From: an uncultured Alphaproteobacteria bacterium
GTDB taxonomy: Bacteria; Pseudomonadota; Alphaproteobacteria; Rhizobiales; Kaistiaceae
Assembly (NCBI GenBank): GCA_963732845.1
Contig: CAVTBE010000012.1
Location: 25,090 to 89,089 of the forward strand
Length of the DNA stretch: 64,000 bases
Direction: 5' to 3'
The notes beneath the pieces are model-generated. The model had not been told where the DNA came from and ran no database searches. It worked only from the letters and a program-made list of their open reading frames with translations. The position numbers and the translations under genes were made by a program. Shown one piece after another: positions 35,749 to 45,560 of this stretch; within the stretch, counting starts at the first letter, position 1; every line of letters begins with the position of its first letter.

Positions 35749-35904
35749 GGTCGGCTCAGGGGTGGGTGGCGCAAAACGCCAGCGACCATACGCCGGCGGC
35801 GCCGCGCATCACAGGGCGGAGGGCGCAAAAAGGCGGAAAAAGGCTGCAAAAGGACCCATCTCAGCCCTTGCCCCGCGCCGCGGTCGATATGATATGGTCC
35901 CCTC

Positions 35905-36000
35905 GGGAGGCTGGCGACGGACGTGTCGCTCGCCAACCGGGTCAGGTCCGGAAGGAAGCAGCCCTAACGAGTTTCGGCGCGGGTCGCCTGCCAGTCTCCC
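35905..36000 (+). ncRNA. ffs: Signal recognition particle RNA (4.5S, small bacterial type)
   Basis: Contains the universal domain IV core 'GGUCAGGUCCGGAAGGAAGCAGCC'. The 5' end 'gggaggctggcgac' pairs with the 3' end 'gtcgcctgccagtctccc'. It sits upstream of dnaX, a position I recall as usual in alphaproteobacteria. Confidence 0.85.
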
Positions 36001-36057
36001 ACTCCCGCCCTTGATTTCAGTGGCCCGGCCGGGGCCGGAGCGAGCACCGGAAGCGAG

Positions 36058-37818
36058 ATGGACGGCACCGGACAGGAGCAAGCGAGCGCCGGCCTCTATC
36101 GCGTGCTTGCCCGCAAGTACCGGCCGCAGAGCTTCGTCGATCTCATCGGCCAGGAGCCGATGGTCCGCACGCTGACCAACGCCTTCCACAGCGGCCGCAT
36201 TGCGCAGGCCTACATGCTCACCGGCGTGCGCGGCGTCGGCAAGACCTCGACCGCCCGCATCCTCGCCCGCGCGCTCAACTATTCAATTCCCGGCAAGATC
36301 GACCAGCCGACCATCGACATGGACGAGATGGGCGAGCATTGCGCCGCGATCATGGAAGGCCGCCATGTCGATGTCATCGAGATGGACGCTGCCTCCCACA
36401 CCGGCATCGACGACATCCGCGAGATCATCGAGGCGGTGCGCTACAAGCCGGCCATCGCCCGCTACAAGGTCTACATCATCGACGAAGTGCACATGCTGTC
36501 GAAGGCCGCCTTCAACGGCCTGTTGAAGACGCTCGAAGAGCCGCCCGAGCACGTCAAGTTCATCTTCGCCACGACGGAAGTGCGCAAGGTCCCGGTCACG
36601 GTGCTGTCGCGCTGCCAGCGCTTCGACCTCCGCCGCATCGAGCCCGGACCGCTGATCCGACTGCTGAGGGAGATCACGGCGAAGGAGAACGTGGCCATCG
36701 AGGACGCTGCGCTCACCATGGTGGCGCGGGCGGCGGAAGGTTCCGTCCGCGATGCGCTGTCGATCCTCGATCAGGCAATTTCCCATGCCGCCGGCACGGT
36801 CACGGCGGAGGAAGTGCGTGAGATGCTCGGTCTCGCCGACCGGGCGCTGGTCATCGACCTGTTCGGCGAGGTCATGGGCGGCGATGTCGCCGCGGCCCTC
36901 GCCCGGCTGAAGGCGCTGTTCGATGTCGGCGCCGACCCGGCCGTGGTGCTGGAGGATCTCGCCGCCTTCACCCATCTGGTGACGCGCCTGAAACTCGCAC
37001 CGACCGCGGCGGACGACGAGGCGCTGACGGCCGAGGAACGCGCCCGCGGCACCGATTTTGCCGGCAAGCTGTCGCTGCGTGCGCTCGCCCGCGCCTGGCA
37101 GATGCTCTTGAAGGGCATCGCGGAGACGCGCGAGGCGTCGCGCCCGCTCGCCGCCGCCGACATGGTCGTCGTGCGCCTGGCTCACGCCGCCGACCTGCCG
37201 ACCCCCGACGAGGCGCTGCGCAGTTTGCGCGGAAGCGGCGGCAGCGCGCCGCAGGGTCAGGGGACCGTGCCGGCCTCCGCGCCGTCCGGCGCGGGTGGCC
37301 GCGCCCGCCTGAGCGCCACTGGCGCGGCGGCCCGCGCCCCGGCTGTCGCGGCAGCGCAACCGGCGCCCCGGGCGGAACCGACCGCCCATGTCGCCTCCTA
37401 TGCCGATGTCGTGGCCCTTGCCGGCCAGCATCGCGAACTGAAGCTGAAGCACGCGCTTGAAACCGTCGTCCGCCCCGTCCGCTTCGAGCCGGGCAAGATC
37501 GAGATCGCGCTCACCGAGCATGCCGTGCCCGGCCTCGCCGGCGAGCTGTCGAAGAAGCTTGAGGCATGGACCGGCAGCCGCTGGATGATCGCGGTGGCCC
37601 GCGAGGGCGGCGGACGAACCATCGCGGAGGAGCGCCAGAGCGCCCAGGACCGGCTGCTCGATGACGCCCGTGCCGACCCGCTGGTCGCGGCCGTGCTCGA
37701 GACGTTTCCCGGCGCCGAGATCGTCGATGTGCGCGTGCTCGGCGGTGCTGCCGCGGAGCCGGCCATGGACGAGACGGCTCCACCGATTCCCGACGACGCA
37801 ACCGATGAGGATGACTGA
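36058..37818 (+). CDS. dnaX: DNA polymerase III subunits gamma/tau
   Basis: 'YRVLARKYRPQSF.DLIGQE', 'GVRGVGKTSTARILA' and 'KVYIIDEVHMLS' are clamp-loader motifs. Confidence 0.95.
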   Translation: MDGTGQEQASAGLYRVLARKYRPQSFVDLIGQEPMVRTLTNAFHSGRIAQAYMLTGVRGVGKTSTARILARALNYSIPGKIDQPTIDMDEMGEHCAAIMEGRHVDVIEMDAASHTGIDDIREIIEAVRYKPAIARYKVYIIDEVHMLSKAAFNGLLKTLEEPPEHVKFIFATTEVRKVPVTVLSRCQRFDLRRIEPGPLIRLLREITAKENVAIEDAALTMVARAAEGSVRDALSILDQAISHAAGTVTAEEVREMLGLADRALVIDLFGEVMGGDVAAALARLKALFDVGADPAVVLEDLAAFTHLVTRLKLAPTAADDEALTAEERARGTDFAGKLSLRALARAWQMLLKGIAETREASRPLAAADMVVVRLAHAADLPTPDEALRSLRGSGGSAPQGQGTVPASAPSGAGGRARLSATGAAARAPAVAAAQPAPRAEPTAHVASYADVVALAGQHRELKLKHALETVVRPVRFEPGKIEIALTEHAVPGLAGELSKKLEAWTGSRWMIAVAREGGGRTIAEERQSAQDRLLDDARADPLVAAVLETFPGAEIVDVRVLGGAAAEPAMDETAPPIPDDATDEDD

Positions 37819-37821
37819 CCG

Positions 37822-38151
37822 ATGGCGTTTGGCGACCTGATGGGCATGATGAAGCAGGCCAAGGAACTGCAGGAGAAGATGCAGTCCCTGCAGGAGGCGG
37901 TCGCTGCCATGGAGGTGGAAGGCACCGCCGGCGGCGGGCTGGTGTTGGTCGTCATGACCGGAAAGAGCGAGATGAAGCGGTTGAAGATCGACCCGTCTCT
38001 GCTCAAGCCGGAGGAGGCAGAGATCCTCGAGGATCTCATCGTCGCCGCTTCCAACGACGCCCGCGCCAAGGCCGAACAGGTGCTCGCCGACAAGATGCGC
38101 GAGATGACCGGCGGCCTGCAGCTTCCGCCGGGCATGAGCCTGCCGTTCTGA
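37822..38151 (+). CDS. ybaB: Nucleoid-associated protein YbaB/EbfC
   Basis: 109 aa. 'MMKQAKELQEKMQSLQEA...VEGTAGGGLV.V.M.G' is the family pattern. It follows dnaX. Confidence 0.9.
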   Translation: MAFGDLMGMMKQAKELQEKMQSLQEAVAAMEVEGTAGGGLVLVVMTGKSEMKRLKIDPSLLKPEEAEILEDLIVAASNDARAKAEQVLADKMREMTGGLQLPPGMSLPF

Positions 38152-38672
38152 TGACCTCCGGCGAGGCAGACAGGCGCACGCCCTATCGGCGGCCGCAGCC
38201 GGCCGAGATGGCCGCCGATCTGGTCGTCGCGCCGGCCCTGCCGGAGGACGATCGCATCTGGGTGCCGCAGGCGGAGAACGTCTGGTTCCGGCCGCTCTGC
38301 CTGTCGGTGTCGCAGGGCTACTGGGTCAACCTGCTCAAGGTCACCCGCTCCGGCGTCCTCTCCCGTCACCGCCACACCAATGCCGTCCACGGCATGGTGC
38401 TCAAGGGCAGGTGGCACTATCTCGAGCATGATTGGGTGGCGGAGGAGGGCGGCTACGTCTACGAGCCGCCGGGCGAGACCCACACGCTGGTCGTCCCCGA
38501 CGACGTGGCCGAGATGATCACCCTGTTCCAGGTCAACGGCATCATGCTCTACGTCGACCCGGACGGAAACGCGCTTGGCTACGAGGACGTCTTCTCCAAG
38601 ATCGCCATGTGCCGCCGCCACTATGCCGCCGTCGGCCTCGGCGCCGACTATGTCGACCGCTTCATCCGTTAG
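38151..38672 (+). CDS. Cupin-fold protein, 2,4'-dihydroxyacetophenone dioxygenase-like family
   Basis: 'LSRHRHTNAVHGMVLKGRWHYLEHDW...GGYVYEPPGETHTL' is a cupin metal-binding pattern. Its ATG overlaps the ybaB stop (TGATG). Confidence 0.65.
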   Translation: MTSGEADRRTPYRRPQPAEMAADLVVAPALPEDDRIWVPQAENVWFRPLCLSVSQGYWVNLLKVTRSGVLSRHRHTNAVHGMVLKGRWHYLEHDWVAEEGGYVYEPPGETHTLVVPDDVAEMITLFQVNGIMLYVDPDGNALGYEDVFSKIAMCRRHYAAVGLGADYVDRFIR

Positions 38673-38705
38673 CCGCGGCCAAGCCTTCGCGGCAACCCGC
38701 GCCGG

Positions 38706-39335
38706 CTATTTGTCCGTCAGCAGCGGATCGAGGATCGCTTCCATCTGCTCAATATCCATCGCTCCGACATATATCTCGCCATTGATGAAGAAGGTCGGTG
38801 TGCCGTTCACGCCGAACTCGTTCTGCGCCGTCAGGGCGATCTCGTTGATGCCGTTGGCGATGTCGTCATTGTTCAGGCAGGTCTCGAACGACGCCTGCGT
38901 GAAGCCGTAGGGTGCCAGCTCGGCGACCAGCGCCGGCACCGGCTTCGCGACGAAAGCCCAGTTCTTCTGATTGCGAAACAGCGTCTGGACGATCGCGAAG
39001 AACGTGTCCTCAGGGGCGCAGCGCGCCGCCATGATAGCGGCGAAGGCGAGGGGATCGATCGGATATTCGCGCAGCGCGTAATAGACCTTGCCCGCATCGA
39101 CATATTTCGTCTTCAGCGCGTCGAAGGTGGCGGCGTGGAAGTCGGCGCAATGCGAGCAGGTCATCGACACATATTCGACAATGCTCACCGGCGCCGCGGG
39201 ATCGCCAAGGGCCTTCTCGGGGAGGGGCCCTGGCGCCAGCAGCCGCATGATGGAGACTGGCTCGGCCTGCACCGGCGCAACAGCCGCCCAGGCGGTGACC
39301 ACCAGGCAAAGAATGACAGGAAGCACGCTGCGCAT
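38706..39335 (-). CDS. DsbA-family thiol:disulfide oxidoreductase (paralogue A)
   Basis: Signal peptide, thioredoxin motif 'MTCSHCADF', and 'GVNGTPTFFINGE'. Confidence 0.85.
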   Translation of the reverse strand: MRSVLPVILCLVVTAWAAVAPVQAEPVSIMRLLAPGPLPEKALGDPAAPVSIVEYVSMTCSHCADFHAATFDALKTKYVDAGKVYYALREYPIDPLAFAAIMAARCAPEDTFFAIVQTLFRNQKNWAFVAKPVPALVAELAPYGFTQASFETCLNNDDIANGINEIALTAQNEFGVNGTPTFFINGEIYVGAMDIEQMEAILDPLLTDK

Positions 39336-39443
39336 TGGAATTTCTCGAAGAATACCTCCCCGTCCCCATTTTCGGCGTTCACGGCGCCGGTCACAAGCGG
39401 CAAGTTGACCGCCTGTGGTGCGCGGGCGGGAACCCGCGCCTTG

Positions 39444-40073
39444 CTACTTCTTCGCCAGCAGCGGATCGAGGATCGCCTTCATCTGCGCCACATCCATCTC
39501 GCCGACATGTTTCTCACCGTTGACGAAGAAGGTCGGCGTGCTGTCGACGCCGAATTCCTTCTGTGCCGTCTGGGCGATCTCGTTGATGCCGTTGGCGATG
39601 TCGGTCTTCTTCAGGCATGCCTCGAAGGACGCCTGAGTGAAGTCGAAAGGTTTGAGCTGTGCGACCAGCGCCGGCACGGGATCCTTGACGTAGGCCCAGG
39701 CGTTCTGGTTGCGGAACAGCGTGTTGATGATCGGGAAGTACTTGTCCGCCGGGGCGCAGCGCGCCGCCATGGAGGCGGCGAAAGCGAGGTCGTCGAGCGG
39801 AAACTCGCGGAAGACGTAATAGACCTTGCCCGTGTCGATGTAGTCGCTCTTCAGCGTGTCGAAGCTGGTCTTGTCGAAGTTGCCGCAATGCGGGCAGGTC
39901 ATCGAGGCGTATTCGACCATGGTCACTGGCGCGCTCGGCTGGCCGAGCGCCATCTCGGGAAGCGGGCCGGGCGCCATCAGCTTCATGATGGAAATCGGTC
40001 CGTCGGCAGCGTTGGCGGCGACCGCCCAGGCGGTGACCACGAGGCAGAGGAAGGCTGGCAGCAGTTTGCGCAT
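39444..40073 (-). CDS. DsbA-family thiol:disulfide oxidoreductase (paralogue B)
   Basis: Signal peptide 'MRKLLPAFLCLVVTAWAVAANA', 'MTCPHCGNF', 'GVDSTPTFFVNGE'. Clearly paralogous to 38706-39335. Start at ATG 40071-40073. Confidence 0.85.
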   Translation of the reverse strand: MRKLLPAFLCLVVTAWAVAANAADGPISIMKLMAPGPLPEMALGQPSAPVTMVEYASMTCPHCGNFDKTSFDTLKSDYIDTGKVYYVFREFPLDDLAFAASMAARCAPADKYFPIINTLFRNQNAWAYVKDPVPALVAQLKPFDFTQASFEACLKKTDIANGINEIAQTAQKEFGVDSTPTFFVNGEKHVGEMDVAQMKAILDPLLAKK

Positions 40074-40199
40074 GGAAAGCTCTCGGAGAAAATCGCCCAC
40101 CTCATTATATCCGGCTTCCCTAAATGGGGCACCCGGGGGAAGTTGACAGGGGTCCCACCGCGCCGTTTGTGGCGAAAGCCAACCGAGGTTTAGCGATTC

Positions 40200-40805
40200 A
40201 TGCCCCGTTCCGTCACCGGCCCCGAGATCGAGCGCCTGATCCAGCTTCTCGCCAAGCTGCCCGGCCTGGGGCCGCGCTCGGCCCGCCGCGCCGCACTGCA
40301 TCTGGTCAAGAAGAGGGACGAACTGCTGGCGCCGCTTGCCGGCGCCATGGACGTGGCGCTGCAGACGGTCAAGGTCTGCTCCACCTGCGGCAACATCGAT
40401 ACCACCGATCCCTGCACCATCTGCGCCGATCCGCGCCGCGAGGACGGCCTGCTCGTCGTGGTCGAGGACGTCGCCGACCTGTGGGCGCTGGAGCGCGCCG
40501 GGGTGCTCAACGCCCGCTACCATGTGCTCGGCGGCGCCCTGTCGCCCCTCGATGGCGTCGGGCCGGACGATCTCGGCATCGACAAGCTGGTCGCCCGCGT
40601 CGCCGAAGGCTCCGTGCGCGAGGTCATCCTCGCCGTCAACGCCACGGTCGAGGGCCAGACCACCGCGCATTACATCATGGACCGCCTCGCCGGCCTCGAC
40701 GTGAAGGTCTCGCGCCTCGCCCACGGGGTTCCGGTCGGCGGCGAACTCGATTATCTCGACGAAGGCACGCTTTCGGCCGCCATCCGCCAGCGTACGCCGT
40801 TCTAG
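40200..40805 (+). CDS. recR: Recombination protein RecR
   Basis: '[26 protein letters not shown]', zinc finger '[16 protein letters not shown]', and a Toprim region. Confidence 0.95.
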   Translation: MPRSVTGPEIERLIQLLAKLPGLGPRSARRAALHLVKKRDELLAPLAGAMDVALQTVKVCSTCGNIDTTDPCTICADPRREDGLLVVVEDVADLWALERAGVLNARYHVLGGALSPLDGVGPDDLGIDKLVARVAEGSVREVILAVNATVEGQTTAHYIMDRLAGLDVKVSRLAHGVPVGGELDYLDEGTLSAAIRQRTPF

Positions 40806-40819
40806 AAAGGGGGAAGGGA

Positions 40820-41419
40820 ATGGACGTCAACGTGCTGGACGCGGTCTATCTCTATTGGTTCGGCGACCTCAAGGCGTGGGACGAGCGGCCGGACGAGCAG
40901 CGGCGGACCGCCTGGTTCAAGCCGACCCCGGAGATCGACGCCCATATCCGCGCGACCTGGGGGGCCGACACGCTTGCCGCCCGCGATGCCGCCTGGGACC
41001 TGTCGAGCCTGACACGGCGCCAGCAGGTCGCCCTCATCGTCCTGCTCGACCAGTTCCCGCGCCAGATTCACCGCGACAGCGGCGCGGCCTTCGCCTGCGA
41101 TGCCGCGGCGCTGTCCTTCGCCCGTCAGCTTGTCGTCAGCTGGCGCCGCTTCTTCGTGGTCGAACAGACCTTCGTCATGCTGCCATTTGAACACAGTGAA
41201 GATGTCGCCGATCAGGACCATTCGGTGAAGCTCTATGCCGAGCGCTGCCTCGAGGCGCCGCCGGAGCACTTGGACGCCTGCCGCGATCAGCTCGATTACG
41301 CCACCAAGCACCGCGACATCATCCGCAAGTTCGGTCGCTTCCCCCACCGCAATACCGTCCTCGGCCGCGAATCGGCGCCCGAGGAGATCGAGTTTCTGAA
41401 AAGCGGGCGGGGATTCTAG
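40820..41419 (+). CDS. DUF924 family protein
   Basis: 'VLDAVYLYWFGD', 'LLDQFPRQIHR', 'MLPFEHSED' and 'FGRFPHRN' are DUF924 hallmarks. ATG 40820 has a GGGGGAAGGGA RBS; the track ORF is over-extended across recR. Confidence 0.8.
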   Translation: MDVNVLDAVYLYWFGDLKAWDERPDEQRRTAWFKPTPEIDAHIRATWGADTLAARDAAWDLSSLTRRQQVALIVLLDQFPRQIHRDSGAAFACDAAALSFARQLVVSWRRFFVVEQTFVMLPFEHSEDVADQDHSVKLYAERCLEAPPEHLDACRDQLDYATKHRDIIRKFGRFPHRNTVLGRESAPEEIEFLKSGRGF

Positions 41420-41739
41420 CGCGCGATCGCGACCTCGCTGAACTGGATCACCGGCTCGATGTCGGTGTAGTTCGCCATGTCGCCTTGCAGGAAGGCGGCG
41501 TGCGGCGCGAAGGCGGCCATGAAGTCCTCGACCGTGTCGAAAAGGTACAGGCACATCGCCACATAGGCTGGCGGCGCGCCGGGTGCGGCGCCGCCGACGC
41601 CGCGGTCCACCGAGACGCCCCGAAAACCCTTGCCGGCGGAGAGCCGCTCGATCGAGGCCGGCATGTGCGTTTCCAGATAATAGGCCATGTCGAACCGACC
41701 ATCCGGCCTGTTCGGATAGAGAATGCTGATCCTGACCAT
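41416..41739 (-). CDS. EthD family reductase
   Basis: 107 aa. 'RISILYPN....FDMAYYLETHMP' is typical of the EthD/TIGR02118 family. Confidence 0.7.
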   Translation of the reverse strand: MVRISILYPNRPDGRFDMAYYLETHMPASIERLSAGKGFRGVSVDRGVGGAAPGAPPAYVAMCLYLFDTVEDFMAAFAPHAAFLQGDMANYTDIEPVIQFSEVAIAR

Positions 41740-41750
41740 GCTGACCTCGG

Positions 41751-42923
41751 CTAGACTTCCTCGAACGCGCTGAAGGGCAGTTCCGGCGGTTCGCCGCGCC
41801 GGGTAGCGGCCGGCCGCACGGGCGCCGCGGGCGCCTCTGCCGGTTCCTCGCCATCGGCCACCTCGACGGCCTTGATCTTGTCGCCGCGGCTCGAGATCTT
41901 GCGGCTGGAGGTCAGGATGTCCTCGATGTCCTTGTTGGCCTGGCCGAAATGCAGGCCGAGCTTGCGCACGCGCTCGTCGAGGCGCCCGACATCGTCCATC
42001 AGGCGGATCACCTCCTGCTGGATGATGTGCGCCTGTTCGCGCATGCGCGCGTCGCGCAACAGCGACATCACCACCTGGATCGACAGCATCAGCAGCGACG
42101 GCGAGACGATCACCACCCGCGACCGGTGCGCCCGCTGGACGATTTCCTCGAAGTGCTCGTGGATGTCGAAGAAGATCGATTCCGACGGCACGAACATGAA
42201 GGCGGTGTCCTGAGTCTCGCCGAGCACCAGATAGCGCTCGGCGATGTCCTGCACGTGCTTGATCGTGTCGCGGCGGAACTGGCCCTCCGCCGCCTTCTTC
42301 GCCTCCGGCGCCTCCGCCGCGCGGATGGCGTTCCAGCCTTCCAGCGGGAACTTGGCGTCGACGACCAGGCTCGGCCCCCCGTTGGGGAAGAGGATCAGGC
42401 AGTCCGGCCGGTTGCCGTTGGAAAGCGTCGCCTGGAATTCGTAGCCCGAGGTCGGCAGGCCGTCGCGCACGATCGCCTCCATGCGCGCCTGGCCGAAGGC
42501 GCCGCGGGTCTGCTTGTTGGCGAGGATGTGCTGAAGCTCGACCACCTGGCTGGAGAGGTCGGTGATCGTCCGCTGCGCCTTGTCGATCACCGCCAGCCGC
42601 TCGCCGAGCTTGGCCAGGCTCTCATGCGTCCCGCGCGCGCTCTCGCTCATCGACTGGCCGACCCGGTGGCCGAAAGTGTCGAGCCGGTCGGTGAGGCCGC
42701 GCACTTGGCCGGTAATCTCGCCCTGGTAGCGGCGCAGCTCCGCCAGGCCGGTCGCGATGCCGTCGCGGCGCGCATCCTCCAGCACCTCCACCCGCTGCGC
42801 CGCCTTGCGCCAGGCGAAGAAGGTGATGACGAGAAGGATGAGGAACAGCGCCGCTGCCGCGGCCGCCAGCAACGTTGCGCCGGTGATCGCGACGTCGCCG
42901 AATCGATAGATCGTCTCGTTCAT
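41751..42923 (-). CDS. rmuC: DNA recombination protein RmuC
   Basis: N-terminal TM segment and coiled coil, then the RmuC nuclease-like domain 'PDCLILFPNGGPSLVVDAKFPLE...FMFVPSESIF'. Start at ATG 42921-42923. Confidence 0.85.
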   Translation of the reverse strand: MNETIYRFGDVAITGATLLAAAAAALFLILLVITFFAWRKAAQRVEVLEDARRDGIATGLAELRRYQGEITGQVRGLTDRLDTFGHRVGQSMSESARGTHESLAKLGERLAVIDKAQRTITDLSSQVVELQHILANKQTRGAFGQARMEAIVRDGLPTSGYEFQATLSNGNRPDCLILFPNGGPSLVVDAKFPLEGWNAIRAAEAPEAKKAAEGQFRRDTIKHVQDIAERYLVLGETQDTAFMFVPSESIFFDIHEHFEEIVQRAHRSRVVIVSPSLLMLSIQVVMSLLRDARMREQAHIIQQEVIRLMDDVGRLDERVRKLGLHFGQANKDIEDILTSSRKISSRGDKIKAVEVADGEEPAEAPAAPVRPAATRRGEPPELPFSAFEEV

Positions 42924-43050
42924 CCGGCAAGAGTACCCCGAAGGGCGGCGGGTACAAAACGGGAACTTTTCCGGCCATGGCCAGCCGCCCCGGACCGGCA
43001 ACAGGCCGGCCCGGAGCGAAGGCAGGAAGCGGGCGGTCGGAGAGATCACC

Positions 43051-43542
43051 CTATTTGCCGGTTGCGGCGTCGCACGACACGTCGGGGTTCATGTCGGCGA
43101 AGGTGCCTGTCCGGTTCGGCTTCCACGCCCAGACGTGCAGCTCGTAGAAGGCGGGGAGACCATAGCGGTTCGGCGCGCCGGTGAAGTTGAACAGGTGCCC
43201 TTCGAGCTGCGCCGGCCCCTTGGTGGTGATGTATTCCACCGCGATGAGCGTCAGCTTGCCGTCCGGTCCCGGCTCGTACATCACGGCTTCCGGATGCGCC
43301 ACGTCGACGGCGCTGTCCTTCAGGTACTTCGCGTTGACATAGTGGATGCCCATGGCGCCGCCGCCGACGCCGCTGGCACAGGGGATCGGTGCATAGCCTT
43401 CGGCCAGCGCAGCCTTCACATCCGTGAAGCGGTCGTTGGCACTGCGGACATGGTCCGCCAGCGGGTTTTCCGCGGCCGCTGCCGCCCCGGCCGCGAACAC
43501 GGCCAGAAAGGCGAGGCTGGACAGCCAGTAGCGCTTCGTCAT
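43051..43542 (-). CDS. Secreted protein of unknown function (163 aa)
   Basis: Signal peptide 'MTKRYWLSSLAFLAVFAAGAAAAA'. Good GC3. I recognised no family. Confidence 0.6.
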   Translation of the reverse strand: MTKRYWLSSLAFLAVFAAGAAAAAENPLADHVRSANDRFTDVKAALAEGYAPIPCASGVGGGAMGIHYVNAKYLKDSAVDVAHPEAVMYEPGPDGKLTLIAVEYITTKGPAQLEGHLFNFTGAPNRYGLPAFYELHVWAWKPNRTGTFADMNPDVSCDAATGK

Positions 43543-43615
43543 GGGTAGTCTCCTCGGTTTGCAGTTGCTGGGGGTAAAAAGGAGCCGGAACGCATGCCCG
43601 GCCGGGGCGGCGCCG

Positions 43616-43864
43616 TCAGCGCCACCGGTTGATCGTCCGCCAGTTGCGGATGTCGTCCTTGCCCTCATAGGCGCGCAGGTCGGAACGGTTCAGGCCGAGA
43701 TCCTTCAGCATGTCGTCGCTGAGCCCGCTCAGAATGCGGGCCGTCTCGCGCTGCCGCCGCCGACGGGCATGCGCCGCGACAACGCGTTTCATGGTCTGCG
43801 TAATCGCGCCGATGACGCTGGAAAGCGGAGATGGTTCTGGCAGCCGTGCGGCGATTTCCGTCAT
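43616..43864 (-). CDS. DUF1127 domain small protein
   Basis: 'ILSGLSDDMLKDLGLNRSDL' is the DUF1127 core. Start assigned at ATG 43862-43864. Confidence 0.65.
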   Translation of the reverse strand: MTEIAARLPEPSPLSSVIGAITQTMKRVVAAHARRRRQRETARILSGLSDDMLKDLGLNRSDLRAYEGKDDIRNWRTINRWR

Positions 43865-44017
43865 GAGAGCCTCGTTGGTGAGGGCGTCGGGTGGGGCGCT
43901 GCGGTTTGCGGCCGTTCGGCCGGCAGCGATTGGGGCGCGGACATTGCCGGGCACCGGACGACGCCGCGTCCACCGATCAGTGGACGCGGCAATCACGAAA
44001 CGGCGAGGCGGGTGTGT

Positions 44018-45142
44018 TCAGCGCCGGAGGGGCGTCGCATAGGCAGCGACCAGCTTGGCGAGGTCGGCCTGGCGCCGCGTGCCGGTCTTTTCGTAGAGCC
44101 GGCCGAGATGGGTCTTCACCGTGCTCGGCGCTATGCCGAGCGTATCGGCCACCTCCGGTGCGCCGCCCACCTCGGCGACTGCCAGCAGCACGCGCAGTTC
44201 CGTCAGGGTGAGCCCATAGGCGCGGGCGATTGTCTCCGGCGCCGACGGCGCCGCGACGGTTGCCTTGTGCACGAAGACCGCCAGCGCCGCACGGTTGCCG
44301 CCCGCCTGGCGTCGGGCGTCCGAGGAAAGCGGCAAGGCGTGGGCGACATAGCGTTCGCCATCGCGCGTCATCAGCGGCAGGGCGATTCCCCTGGCGCCCA
44401 GCGCCCCCTGGCCAGTCGCGGCGAAGGTCCCGGCGAGTTCCAGGTCGGCCGCGACGCCACTGGCCGTCAGCCGATTGTTCGCGACATACAGCGGATCGGC
44501 GGCGTCCAGCATCTCCCGCCCGGCGACATTGGCATGCAGCATCCGTCCGCCGGCATCGAGCAGGAACATGCCGTAGCTTATGCCGTCGAGGCTCTCCGCC
44601 AGGTCTGTGGCTGCCGCAGTCTGCTGGTCGATCACGCCGGCAATCAGCGCCGCCCGCTGCATGTGCGGCACGATCAGGCGCATGCGCTGGTGGGTCCCCT
44701 CGTCGACCACGCCGTCGCGCTCATGCCGGAAGACACCGAACATGGCTGCCCCGCCCGCCGCCTTGTCGAGCACGGCGCCGGCGAAATCGACGAAGCCCTG
44801 CGGCCGCGCCCACTCCTCGTTGAAGCGCGAGGCAAGAAAATCGTCATAGGGGATGAGATCCGACACCCCGGTCGGCCGGCCGGTCGCGGCGAAGACGTGG
44901 CCCATCACGAGCGGGTCGATCTTTATGTATTTGTCGAAATAAAGCGCGGTGAAGTGCGGCTCGATCCCCGAATCATAGGCATTGGCGCCGGTCAGGCTGC
45001 TGGCGCTCTTGGTGAACAGCGCCGCCGCATGGCCGCCGACGAAACGCGCCGCATGGTCCAGCGCGGGGGCCCAAAGCGTGGGATCGAGCGCGGCATCGTA
45101 GATCTCGCCGACCAGTGTCGACAGCAGGGCGATATCGGTCAT
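44018..45142 (-). CDS. LuxR-family transcriptional regulator (C-terminal HTH, uncharacterised N-terminal sensor domain)
   Basis: C-terminus 'LTLTELRVLLAVAEVGGAPEVADTLGIAPSTVKTHLGRLYEKTG'. Start at ATG 45140-45142. Confidence 0.8.
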   Translation of the reverse strand: MTDIALLSTLVGEIYDAALDPTLWAPALDHAARFVGGHAAALFTKSASSLTGANAYDSGIEPHFTALYFDKYIKIDPLVMGHVFAATGRPTGVSDLIPYDDFLASRFNEEWARPQGFVDFAGAVLDKAAGGAAMFGVFRHERDGVVDEGTHQRMRLIVPHMQRAALIAGVIDQQTAAATDLAESLDGISYGMFLLDAGGRMLHANVAGREMLDAADPLYVANNRLTASGVAADLELAGTFAATGQGALGARGIALPLMTRDGERYVAHALPLSSDARRQAGGNRAALAVFVHKATVAAPSAPETIARAYGLTLTELRVLLAVAEVGGAPEVADTLGIAPSTVKTHLGRLYEKTGTRRQADLAKLVAAYATPLRR

Positions 45143-45560
45143 GGTCGGCGGAAACAGCCGATCCGTGGCAATTATTCGGCAGCCTGTGACGGCGGTCACA
45201 CCCCCCGTCGAATTCACCACCTCGTGAAGCGTATATCCCCCGATCGAAAGACGCCGGCGCTCCGGGCTGCCGCCTAGGGTCCACGCGGGTTTTCCAACGG
45301 AGACGACGAGATGCGGACCTCAGCCGGCAGCAGAGACACATTCGGGAAACGCGATCCGCGCGATCGCGCGGCGGCGACTTCCGCCGATCGCCACGGTGCG
45401 GGCAGCCGGCCGAACGCACCGGGGACGGACGGTTCAGCGCCGGCGGCGGCTCAGGGAACCGACCCGCACCCCCAGCGGGTCCGCCACGACCACTTCCTCA
45501 GCGAGATTTTCTAGGGCCGCAGGCCGGAGCGGCCGACGCCGCGTAATTAGGAAAAAAAGC

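Noticed and set aside
40124-41419. 431-aa ORF spanning recR and the DUF924 gene
   Set aside because: The N-terminal 230 aa are an out-of-frame read across recR (Arg/Pro/Gly-rich). The real gene starts at ATG 40820, which has a strong RBS.
45510-45550. GC-rich hairpin 'ggccgcaggccggagcggcc' and an A7 run downstream of the ArfA-like ORF, as a terminator or an RNase III site analogous to E. coli arfA
   Set aside because: On the coding (minus) strand the T-run precedes rather than follows the hairpin, and the stem is imperfect. The element lies outside the ORF, unlike in E. coli arfA.
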